Program-made: the position numbers and the translations under genes | The notes under the pieces: model-generated | Told to the model about the DNA's origin: nothing | Database searches by the model: none | The model's input: the letters and a program-made list of their open reading frames with translations, nothing else | Assembly (NCBI GenBank): GCA_964363305.1 | Contig: CAYIHX010000016.1 | Location: 6,824-70,823 of the forward strand | Source: an uncultured Bacteriovoracaceae bacterium | GTDB taxonomy: Bacteria; Bdellovibrionota; UBA1018 | Length of the DNA stretch: 64,000 bases | Reading direction: 5' to 3' | Part shown: positions 8,376-16,689 of the stretch, one piece after another | How the letters are laid out: every line of letters begins with the position of its first letter | How positions within the stretch are numbered: the first letter of the stretch is position 1

Positions 8376-10763
8376 ATGATGAAATCACTGAAATGGATGT
8401 CAGTTCTTCTCAGCCTCCTGCTGGTAGGAGTTGCTCACGCCGCAAACTCCGCCAAGGAAATGGAGGGCGTACAACGAGCCGCCGAACTCCACGTTAGAAA
8501 TCTACTCGAACCCCTACTCGACAAATATTGCCGCGATCAATGCAAATTGATGTCGGTCACGGCGCAGGTCGACCTCGAGAGCCCTGATCAACTCGCGCCT
8601 GGTTTCGACGATATTGATCCAAGAAGTCAAGTAAGGCTCATGGCCTCGTCGGCGCGCGCTAAAATTTTGATGGATGAAAAGGTAGGGCCCATCTCGCGCG
8701 GGAAGCTCATGGACCTGGTACAGCAGTACCTCGATACCTTAGATTTCCCGGTTCGGGTAGAAACCCAAATTGCTCACTTTCCGCAGCCAATCGGTTCGGC
8801 GAGCAAAGTGGCCGAGCTACGAGATCGCGTCAGCAAACAATTCAAAAACACCCTCGAAGATCTTTTTCGTCAGTTTTGCCCAGAGCAATGCATGCTTGCC
8901 GATTACGAGCTTCAAACGGAGGTCGTGAATAGCGAAGAGGCGAGCTATGGCGGAAGCCGTGAATTTGTCGAGGACGGCGGTATCGCCATTCGGGTCAAAA
9001 ACATCACCGGCACCCTCCTCGTCGACGACGACCTGCTACCAGAGGAGCGCAACAACGTCCTCGAGATGGCCAAACTGAAAACAAACTATCTCAAAAATGT
9101 CACAATGAATCTGCGTTCCCTCAAATTTCCGAAACCGGTCGGACTGATGGGATCCAACGGCCTCGCCGGGAATGGTCGTGCCGGTCGAAGTCTTGCTTCA
9201 AATAATTCCTCAAACGACACTCGTGACTCAAAATCATTGCTAAACGCGACGGAAACTCGAACTAACTCCCTGGAGGAAAAAAATTCCTCCTCCCAAACCA
9301 ACACTAACCAGAACAGTTCGAACGTCAACACGGAGAACAAGAGCTCCTCCAACGAAACCAATGCCCGCCAGGAACGCTACGAGCGGTTCGAGAAAATTGA
9401 ACGTGTTGAAAGCGGAGACGCGGTTCAGAAGGAACTTCAAAAATTCAAGGTCTTCGGCCTCATCTTCGCATGCTCCGTAATTTCCCTGTTGATCTTTCTC
9501 GCGATGGCCAGTTATCGCCCCCGGGCGTCGGCCGGCGGCTCAGGCGTGACCCGTATCATTCAACAGCTCGCGTCGGACCCCATCACGGCAAGCTCAGGCC
9601 CCACGGTAGGCTCTTCGAGTAGCGCAGGAGACGACCGAACAGGTCTGGTCGTCAAGCGTTACGAAATCGAACGACTAAAAGACGAACTCATGGGAGTATT
9701 CGCGCAGCAACCTCGTGTCGCGAAACAGGTTTTTTCGAGAATCCTCACAGAAGAGGGCGTCGAAGTTACCGCCCAGTACGTGAATATTTTCGGAGAAAGC
9801 GTGGTCTTGGATATGCTTCGCGATCCGAGCCTACAGAACGACATGAATGAGCTGATGGAGTACTACGCAAAAAATCCCATCTCCCTCACGGACGACGAAC
9901 GCCTGGAACTGCTCCAAGTGCTCCATAACCGGACTATCGCCGGAAAACTCGTGGTCATGGGCTCCCGCTCCTCTCAGCTCTTTGACTTCTTGGCCGACAT
10001 GGACGGCCTGCAGATCATGGAACTCGTACGAAACGAGTCACTGACTGTGAAGTCGATTGTCATGACCCAGTGTGATCATCAAAAACGCCAACAGATCTTT
10101 ACCCAGATGGACGAACGCCATCGCATGCAGCTCATGACGGAGCTTTCGAGGATCGACTATCTGCCACGTGACTACATCACGAATGTCGCCAACGCGCTGA
10201 AGCGGAAGCGCCGGGAGAATCCGAAACTCAACACCGAGGCGTTGCCCGGTTCCGAGGTACTCCTTACCCTCCTGGAACGCACCGGACCCGACGTGCAAAG
10301 AACCGTGGTCAAGAGCCTCGAAGCTTCAAATCCGGAAAGCGCGAGAAACCTCAAAGCGAAGCTCGTCAGCACCGACACCCTTCGCCATCTGCGGGACGGC
10401 CAGCTACTCGAGGTGGTTCTCAGCCTGAAACACGACGAGTTACTGCAGTTCTTAAAAGGCGCCGCCAACGAACTACGGGCATCCATCTTTTCGAAGTGTC
10501 CAAAAGACCTGGTTGCGGAGCTTGAGGAGGAGCTGGGTACCGTCCAGCTGCTCAGCAGGGAGACCTATATGGCCGTTGAGCGCAAGATCCTCAATCGGCT
10601 GAAAATCATGGCCAACGAAGGCCTGGTCAATCTCGTCGAAACGAATGAGCGCATGTTTGCCACAGCCGGGGGCGGGGTAACCGGTTTCGTCGAAGCCGGT
10701 CCGGCGGATGCCACCCAAGCCACAACCTCCGGAATTACACCAGGAAAGGCGTCTGGATGGTAG
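8376..10763 (+). CDS. Bitopic membrane protein: signal/TM, ~335-aa periplasmic domain with an Asn/Ser/Thr-rich linker, one TM, and a ~415-aa cytoplasmic region with a FliG-like C-terminal (torque-helix) domain
   Basis: The C-terminal LKGAANELRASIFSKCPKDLVAELEEELGTVQLLSRETYMAVERKILNRLKIMANEGLV aligns nearly position-for-position with FliG-C LKGASDELREKIFKNMSKRAAEMLREDLEAMGPVRLSDVEAAQKEIVNIVRRLEDAGEI. TM at aa 358-379 (nt 9447-9512). N-terminal signal MMKSLKWMSVLLSLLLVGVAHA. Confidence 0.7.
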   Translation: MMKSLKWMSVLLSLLLVGVAHAANSAKEMEGVQRAAELHVRNLLEPLLDKYCRDQCKLMSVTAQVDLESPDQLAPGFDDIDPRSQVRLMASSARAKILMDEKVGPISRGKLMDLVQQYLDTLDFPVRVETQIAHFPQPIGSASKVAELRDRVSKQFKNTLEDLFRQFCPEQCMLADYELQTEVVNSEEASYGGSREFVEDGGIAIRVKNITGTLLVDDDLLPEERNNVLEMAKLKTNYLKNVTMNLRSLKFPKPVGLMGSNGLAGNGRAGRSLASNNSSNDTRDSKSLLNATETRTNSLEEKNSSSQTNTNQNSSNVNTENKSSSNETNARQERYERFEKIERVESGDAVQKELQKFKVFGLIFACSVISLLIFLAMASYRPRASAGGSGVTRIIQQLASDPITASSGPTVGSSSSAGDDRTGLVVKRYEIERLKDELMGVFAQQPRVAKQVFSRILTEEGVEVTAQYVNIFGESVVLDMLRDPSLQNDMNELMEYYAKNPISLTDDERLELLQVLHNRTIAGKLVVMGSRSSQLFDFLADMDGLQIMELVRNESLTVKSIVMTQCDHQKRQQIFTQMDERHRMQLMTELSRIDYLPRDYITNVANALKRKRRENPKLNTEALPGSEVLLTLLERTGPDVQRTVVKSLEASNPESARNLKAKLVSTDTLRHLRDGQLLEVVLSLKHDELLQFLKGAANELRASIFSKCPKDLVAELEEELGTVQLLSRETYMAVERKILNRLKIMANEGLVNLVETNERMFATAGGGVTGFVEAGPADATQATTSGITPGKASGW

Positions 10764-11269
10764 ATTTCAACGGAAGACCTGATGTCCCGATGCTGAAGGA
10801 GGTCAAACTTCTGCAAGTCTTTGACGATGCGGAACTCGCCGAACTCCTCACTCTGGGCACGCTCGGACAGTTCGAGGCGCATGGCAACATCGTCATCGAG
10901 GGCGAAATGACCTGGGGCCTCTACGTCATCCTCGATGGCCTGGTCGGCATCTTCAAAACCAACAAGCTGAGCGGTGACACCTTTGACATCGGCCAGATGC
11001 GTACCGGTCAATATTTCGGAGAAATGTCCCTGATCGACGAAAACCCGAGATCGGCGACCGTTCGTGCCCTCACTGAGACCTATCTCTTCAACATTCCCAA
11101 ACAGAGCTTCATGGAGTTCCTGAGTCGCTCGCCTGACCGACGGCAGCGTTTTTACGAAACCTGCATTCGTGATCTGGCGCACCGACTCAAGGAACTCAGC
11201 GACAATTTCATCGAAACCCAATACCAACTTTGGAAAACCGCGATGCAAAAGCGGTCGGAGGCGGCATAA
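10757..11269 (+). CDS. Stand-alone cyclic-nucleotide-binding (cNMP/CAP-family) domain protein
   Basis: FGEMSLIDENPRSATVRAL and the upstream glycine-rich beta-roll motifs of the CAP/cNMP-binding domain. 7-nt overlap (ATGGTAG) with the preceding gene. Confidence 0.75.
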   Translation: MVDFNGRPDVPMLKEVKLLQVFDDAELAELLTLGTLGQFEAHGNIVIEGEMTWGLYVILDGLVGIFKTNKLSGDTFDIGQMRTGQYFGEMSLIDENPRSATVRALTETYLFNIPKQSFMEFLSRSPDRRQRFYETCIRDLAHRLKELSDNFIETQYQLWKTAMQKRSEAA

Positions 11270-11271
11270 AA

Positions 11272-12053
11272 TGAATTTCTCTTCAATTATCGGAATTTCT
11301 ATCGGAATCGCGGTCATGTACTTTGCCCTGACCAGTACGACGGACAACTTGAAATTCTTCCTGGACGTCCACGGAATTTCAATCGTGCTCGGAGGCACCT
11401 TGGCCGCGGCGAGCATCAGTTTTCCGATCCTCAAAGTCCTTTCACTACTCAAAGTCTTCTTCCTACGCGTCCTCGGGGCGAACAAGGTCGATTATTTCGG
11501 TGTAATCAGCCAACTCATGGAGCTTAACAAGAAAGCAGCCAACGGACTAACGGGCATCAATGATTCCATCAGCACGATCAGGCATCCCTTCCTCAAGGAA
11601 GCCGTGACCCTCGTCGCATCAGGCGTTCTCACTGAAAAGGAAATCCGGCATGCTCTTGATCTCCGAATTCGAACGACCGAAGCCCGGTTTATGCACGAAG
11701 CCAACATGTTCCGCACCATAGGAAAGTTCCCCCCCGCGTTCGGACTTCTGGCGACAACGCTCGGAATGATCGCGGTTTTGCAGAAACTCGGCCAACCAGA
11801 CAGCCAGAAGCTCATCGGCCCAGCCATGTCGATTGGATTGATCGGAACCCTGTACGGGATCGGCACCGCCAATTTAATATTTCTTCCCATCGCAGAAAAT
11901 CTCACGGAAAGAACACAGGAAGAAATCAACCTGCGCAAACTGATCCTCGAAGGGGCCGTGATGCTCAAGCAGCAGGTCAATCCGATCGCGATGCGGGAGT
12001 CGCTCAACTCCTTCCTCCTACCTAAAGATCGAGTGATGCGAAAGGCCGCATAA
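11272..12053 (+). CDS. motA: MotA/TolQ/ExbB-family proton-channel stator protein (MotA-like)
   Basis: Four TM segments with the conserved C-terminal TM3/TM4 block (GPAMSIGLIGTLYGIGTANLIFLPIAENL), ~260 aa. Paired with an OmpA-domain MotB, which argues for MotA rather than ExbB/TolQ. Confidence 0.8.
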
Positions 12054-12838
12054 TGTCGATTTTTAAGAAGAAGAAACCACTTGAAGACCAAGACAGCGGG
12101 CCGCCGCCTGAGCATGCCAAACACGCGGCCGGGCACGACGACGAGTCGAACTGGCTCGTCTCCTACGCCGATATGATGACGCTCCTTTGCGGTTTTTTCA
12201 TCATGCTCTTCTCGATGGCGAAGCTCGACGAGCCCAAGTACGAAAAGGTAAAAGAGTCGATCGCGAAAGAATTTGGGGGCGAATATAAATCGCCGACGGC
12301 TGATCTCGCGCGCTTCGTAACAGAGATTCTCCAAGAGGCCGGCGTGGAAAAAGAGATCTCCATCAAATCTGACCCCGGAGGGGTATCGATTACCTTCCAG
12401 TCGACGATCTTTTTCGACACTCTCAGCTCCGACATCCTCGTGGAGGGACAGCGTGTAATCGAAAAAGTGATCACAGCACTTTCCGAGCGGGAGCGGCTCA
12501 ATCACGTCACCTACAAGGTTGTCATCGAAGGCCACACCGACTCACGCCCCGTGGTCTCAGGTGCCTACCCCACCAACTGGGAGCTCTCCGCCGCCCGGGC
12601 TTCACGGGTCGTGCGGCTCTTTCTCGAGCGGGGATTCTCGCCCAAGCAGATGGCCGCCATCGGTTACGCAGACACGTATCCCGAAAATGTTGAACGTTCC
12701 CCGGCGGGTGAATTTCAAGAAGCCGCAATGGCAAAAAATCGACGTGTGGTCGTGCGCATCCTCCAGCCGAAGACCGACTACATCCCCCTTCCTGACGTCA
12801 CCACGGAAGAAATCCCCCCGGCACCTTCTGCCCATTGA
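12053..12838 (+). CDS. motB: MotB-like stator protein (N-terminal TM/plug, C-terminal OmpA-like peptidoglycan-binding domain)
   Basis: WLVSYADMMTLLCGFFIMLF TM, then ...VVIEGHTDSRPVVSGAYPTNWELSAARASRVVRLF... typical of the OmpA/MotB C-domain. The TAATG motif overlaps stop and start with motA. Confidence 0.8.
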   Translation: MSIFKKKKPLEDQDSGPPPEHAKHAAGHDDESNWLVSYADMMTLLCGFFIMLFSMAKLDEPKYEKVKESIAKEFGGEYKSPTADLARFVTEILQEAGVEKEISIKSDPGGVSITFQSTIFFDTLSSDILVEGQRVIEKVITALSERERLNHVTYKVVIEGHTDSRPVVSGAYPTNWELSAARASRVVRLFLERGFSPKQMAAIGYADTYPENVERSPAGEFQEAAMAKNRRVVVRILQPKTDYIPLPDVTTEEIPPAPSAH

Positions 12839-12889
12839 TTATGAAACCAGTTCTCCCGATCCTATAAGGGAGTAGGGAGAGGGAACGAC

Positions 12890-13762
12890 ATGCGTTGGAA
12901 CTGTCCTCATTGCGGTATCGCACTCGCGGTCACAGACGAGAAGCTGAGTTCGAGTTGGACCTTCTCGCGCTGCTATAAATGCGGCGGCTTCGCGCTCGTT
13001 CGAAAAACCGACGTCAACCTCGTAAAAGTCGACCACGCTCCGATCGGAGAAAAGGTGATCCTTCCCGAGGGCAGCGAGACCCCGACCCTCAGTAGTACCG
13101 CGATGAAGAATCTCGCGGGTTTTGTCTCTAACGGAGGACAACCAAAGCCCACGATTCTGCCTGCTCGGCGGCGACCCATTACCCCTAATAAGGCGACCAC
13201 GCCGCCCCCTTTCCAAGGAAGAGCGATTCCGATGCTGCCTCCCCCGCTGCCCCGCGTGGATGACGAAAAAGGCATCGCTCAGAAAATTCTGCCACTCGCG
13301 ATGGCGCTAATGAGCGTGGTAGCCATGAGTTCTGGCTTCTACCTATTCAAGCAGGGACAAAATCTTTACCGCCGAAGCGTCGAACCCCCTACGACCGCTA
13401 AGGTCGCGCAGGCGATCAAGCCAGTCGTCTCCGGTGAGCGACTGATCGAGATCGACCAAGTCCGAGCGTCGGCGCAAGCCGCGCCAACTCGAAGCGCGAC
13501 TCCGGCCACCACTGCTACCCCAGAACAAGATCCGGCCCCCCTTCCTGGACTCGTCATCCGGCCGAGAAGCGCGATGGTCATGCTACGGAGCGGCCCTGGA
13601 ACCAGCTATAAGGAGCTGGGCTATGCCAATCCCTCCTTGCAATACGTAGTCATGGAATGGAAGGAGCGCTGGTTCAAAGTACTGATTCAAGACTCTCGGC
13701 AAACAGCCTGGGTGAGAAATGACCTAGTCACCCTCACTCCCATCACCGCAGCGAATGACTAA
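12890..13762 (+). CDS. Membrane protein with N-terminal Cys4 zinc-ribbon, a central TM and a C-terminal SH3b-like domain
   Basis: CPHCG...CYKCG zinc ribbon, Pro-rich linker, TM (ILPLAMALMSVVAMSSGFYLF), and a C-terminal region (VMLRSGPGTSYKELGYANPSLQYVVMEWKERWFKVLIQDSRQTAWVRNDLV) that looks like bacterial SH3. Confidence 0.55.
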   Translation: MRWNCPHCGIALAVTDEKLSSSWTFSRCYKCGGFALVRKTDVNLVKVDHAPIGEKVILPEGSETPTLSSTAMKNLAGFVSNGGQPKPTILPARRRPITPNKATTPPPFQGRAIPMLPPPLPRVDDEKGIAQKILPLAMALMSVVAMSSGFYLFKQGQNLYRRSVEPPTTAKVAQAIKPVVSGERLIEIDQVRASAQAAPTRSATPATTATPEQDPAPLPGLVIRPRSAMVMLRSGPGTSYKELGYANPSLQYVVMEWKERWFKVLIQDSRQTAWVRNDLVTLTPITAAND

Positions 13763-14373
13763 ACCGACTTGACCTTCCGACGCGAGATGTACCATTTCAG
13801 AATGAGCAACAGCACCAATCCGATCGCCACGAACAGAATCCCGTATTCGAGCCGGCGGATGAATCGAACGACGGCATCAAACTCATCGCCAAAAAAATAA
13901 ACCGCTCCCACAATGGTCGGGACACTCAAGAGAGCAGCGCTGCCATCACACAGAAAAAATGTTCGAAACGGGATATGAAGCGTCCCGGCCGAGAAAAAAA
14001 TCGGCGCTCTAAAGCCCGGCATAAAACGCGCGAAAAAGAGGAGGATATTTCCACGCTGGTGAAATTTCGCCTGGACGATCGTGAGCCGCTCCTCCGACAA
14101 GAACCGCCTGAAGAACCACACCTTCGTCAGCTTCCGTCCGTAGGTGGATCCTAGATAGAAAATAAAACAATCACCAACCAAGACACCGAGAAAGCAAACT
14201 AAAATCATCCAGCCGAGATCCGTGGCGCCGTAGTAAGACATCAGCCCGCCGATAGCGAGCGTCACATCCTCCGGAATGGGCAATCCCAACCCACACGCTA
14301 ACAGCACAGCAAAGACAAGAAAGTAAGGCCCTGGCCCACTCAACGTGAGAAGAAAATCGACGAAAAAATCCAC
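13759..14373 (-). CDS. dedA: DedA/TVP38-family membrane protein
   Basis: ...GLGLPIPEDVTLAIGG...FFARFMPGFRAPIFFSAGTL... matches the conserved DedA core. Confidence 0.8.
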   Translation of the reverse strand: MDFFVDFLLTLSGPGPYFLVFAVLLACGLGLPIPEDVTLAIGGLMSYYGATDLGWMILVCFLGVLVGDCFIFYLGSTYGRKLTKVWFFRRFLSEERLTIVQAKFHQRGNILLFFARFMPGFRAPIFFSAGTLHIPFRTFFLCDGSAALLSVPTIVGAVYFFGDEFDAVVRFIRRLEYGILFVAIGLVLLLILKWYISRRKVKSV

Positions 14374-14420
14374 GGACCTGAGCCTATCAAAGACCGCCCT
14401 CTCGAACCACCGTCGATTTA

Positions 14421-15389
14421 TCAGTTCTTTTTTTGGAGCGGATGCGCGCTGCGGTATTCATCCAGCAAAGCCCCGAGATCCACATGGGTGTATTTCTGGG
14501 TCGTCGATAAACGTGAATGCCCTAAAAGCTCCTGAATAACTCGGAGATCGGCCCCGGCAGCCAGAAGATGAGTCGCGAAACTATGCCTCAGTCCGTGGGG
14601 GGAAATACTCTGCGTCGCGGCGATCCGTACCAGATGCTTCGCCACCATGCGGGCCACACTTCGTGCAGAGATGCGCCCCCCGCGATAGTTCAGAAACAAG
14701 GCCTGAGTCGGCCCTGCCAGAGCCACATCCTCCGAATAAAGCATCAAACTTTCTCGAAGCGCCTCTCCGAGCGGAAGCATTCTTTCTTTTGAGCCTTTCC
14801 CAAGCACCCGCAGCCAGCCATTTGAAAGATCAATGTCACTGCGGTTCAATGACACCACCTCACTCACTCGGAGTCCGGCCCCATACATCAGCTCCAGGAG
14901 AGCCCGATCTCGGCGGCCGAGGCTTCGGGACAGATCTGGCGCCTCCACCAATTCCCTCATGTCCTCTATTTTTAGAAAACGCGGCAGTTTTCTACTCGGA
15001 CGAGGAGAGGGAACCAAGCTCCCGATGTCTCGAGTAATCCAACCCTGTACCCTCAGGTACTTGAGGAATGAGCGAATCGCCGCTAATCGCCGACAAAGGG
15101 AACTCCGGTCGTGCGTCTGGTAGAGCCCGCTCAGATAGCTCCTCAGATGGGCTGGCTTAAGAGATACGGAAAGCCCCATAGACGTCTCAAGTCCTTGTTT
15201 TTTAAGGACAAGAATCCAATGACTCAAATCCGAACGATACGCCCGCACCGTGTGCGGGCTCGATCCCCGGCGTTCTTCCAGATTTCTCAAAAAGAGATCA
15301 AGCGCTTCAGGCAAACTCACTCCTCGTATGATAAAGCCAAGCCCCATGCCGAAGCTAACGCCTTCTTCCCAATTTCCCACGGTCCACAT
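14421..15389 (-). CDS. xerC: Tyrosine site-specific recombinase XerC/XerD. The true start is probably internal, at MGLGF.
   Basis: C-terminal catalytic motifs (HGLRHSFATHLLAAGADLRVIQELLGHSRLSTTQKYTHV) and an N-terminal core-binding domain (TVRAYRSDL). Divergent from trmFO, as in gid-xerC clusters. Confidence 0.75.
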   Translation of the reverse strand: MWTVGNWEEGVSFGMGLGFIIRGVSLPEALDLFLRNLEERRGSSPHTVRAYRSDLSHWILVLKKQGLETSMGLSVSLKPAHLRSYLSGLYQTHDRSSLCRRLAAIRSFLKYLRVQGWITRDIGSLVPSPRPSRKLPRFLKIEDMRELVEAPDLSRSLGRRDRALLELMYGAGLRVSEVVSLNRSDIDLSNGWLRVLGKGSKERMLPLGEALRESLMLYSEDVALAGPTQALFLNYRGGRISARSVARMVAKHLVRIAATQSISPHGLRHSFATHLLAAGADLRVIQELLGHSRLSTTQKYTHVDLGALLDEYRSAHPLQKKN

Positions 15390-16689
15390 TGTCGGTGCGG
15401 GCCTTGCCGGCAGCGAAGCGGCTTACTTCTTGGCCGAACGAGGTGTCCCGGTCCTGCTGCATGAAATGCGCCCTGCCCGCATGACCGAAGCCCACAAAAC
15501 AGACCGGTGCGCGGAACTGGTTTGCAGCAATTCATTCAAATCGAAGATCACCCACTCGGCGCCAGGAATGCTTAAGTCTGAAATGAGGGAACTCAACTCC
15601 CTTGTTCTCTCCACGGCGGAGAAAACCGCAGTCCCTGGTGGAGATGCTCTTGCCGTCGACCGGGATATTTTTTCTGCTCTCATCACCAAAACCCTTTTGG
15701 AACATCCACTCATCGACCGCTCCACAGGAGAGATCAGTGCGCCCATTTCAGGCGCCATTACGCTTTTTGCCACCGGCCCGCTCACCTCGGACTCGCTGAG
15801 TGCGTGGCTGGCAAAAGCCACAGATCACTCTGACCTTTATTTTTACGATGCGATCGCGCCGATCATCGATGCCTCAAGCATCGACCCTGAGCATTCTTTT
15901 ATCGCCAACCGTTACGGAAAGGGGGGAGAGGAGGCGTACATCAACTGTCCCATGAACGAGGAGGAATACGGAGCCTTCATCGACGCGCTTGCTACCGCCG
16001 AAAAAGTTCCTCCCAAAAACTTTGAAAAGGCGATTTATTTTCAAGGCTGCCAACCCATTGAAGCGATTGCGGCCACCGGACGAGAAAGTCTCCGCTTTGG
16101 CCCCATGAAGCCAGTCGGACTGACTGACCCCCGCGAAGGCAAGCGTCCTTTCGCGGCGGTGCAGCTTCGGCCGGAGAACCAGTCAAAAACGGCCTACAAC
16201 ATGGTCGGCTTTCAGACCAAGCTAAAGTATGGTGAACAGGCGCGCGTACTCAGGCTCATCCCCGCCCTTAGAAAGGCTGAATTTCTACGGATGGGATCCA
16301 TCCACAGAAATACCTATGTGAACGGACCGAGGGTTCTGCGTGCTGATCTTTCGCTCAAGGGGCACCCCGCAGTCTACCTGGCCGGCCAAATCACCGGCGT
16401 CGAAGGGTACCTCGAATCCTCCGCGTGCGGACTCCTCGCGGCGCAATTCATCTGGCAACGGCTCCAAGGGAAAGCCCACGACGCTCCGCCAGCGAATACG
16501 GCTCTTGGCGCGTTACTTCGCCACATCACGGCGAGCGACCCGGAAAAATACCAGCCCATGAATGCATGCTTCGCCCTCATTGACCCTACGTATTTTGAGG
16601 GAGTCGCTGGATTGCCGCGCGACGAAGCCAGAAAAATGATGGCTGAGCAGGCCATTCTTCGGTTCCGCGACTGGATGAATTCCGCGTGA
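15346..16689 (+). CDS. trmFO: Methylenetetrahydrofolate--tRNA-(uracil54-C5)-methyltransferase TrmFO (Gid)
   Basis: FAD-binding VHIVGAGLAGSEAAYFLAERGVPVLLHEMRP, conserved GPLTSD, and a C-terminal GQITGVEGYLESSACG. Start moved to ATG 15346 to avoid a long overlap with xerC. Confidence 0.85.
   Translation: MPKLTPSSQFPTVHIVGAGLAGSEAAYFLAERGVPVLLHEMRPARMTEAHKTDRCAELVCSNSFKSKITHSAPGMLKSEMRELNSLVLSTAEKTAVPGGDALAVDRDIFSALITKTLLEHPLIDRSTGEISAPISGAITLFATGPLTSDSLSAWLAKATDHSDLYFYDAIAPIIDASSIDPEHSFIANRYGKGGEEAYINCPMNEEEYGAFIDALATAEKVPPKNFEKAIYFQGCQPIEAIAATGRESLRFGPMKPVGLTDPREGKRPFAAVQLRPENQSKTAYNMVGFQTKLKYGEQARVLRLIPALRKAEFLRMGSIHRNTYVNGPRVLRADLSLKGHPAVYLAGQITGVEGYLESSACGLLAAQFIWQRLQGKAHDAPPANTALGALLRHITASDPEKYQPMNACFALIDPTYFEGVAGLPRDEARKMMAEQAILRFRDWMNSA

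Noticed and set aside
10565-12535. Two long minus-strand ORFs (306 aa and 347 aa)
   Set aside because: Antisense to the cNMP-binding gene, motA and motB, whose products have unmistakable conserved motifs. No recognisable domains in the antisense products.
14421-15389. Tyrosine recombinase as a marker of an integrated mobile element
   Set aside because: It is divergently paired with trmFO (the conserved gid-xerC arrangement) and flanked by housekeeping genes. No att-like repeats or phage genes nearby. Interpreted as chromosomal XerC/D.
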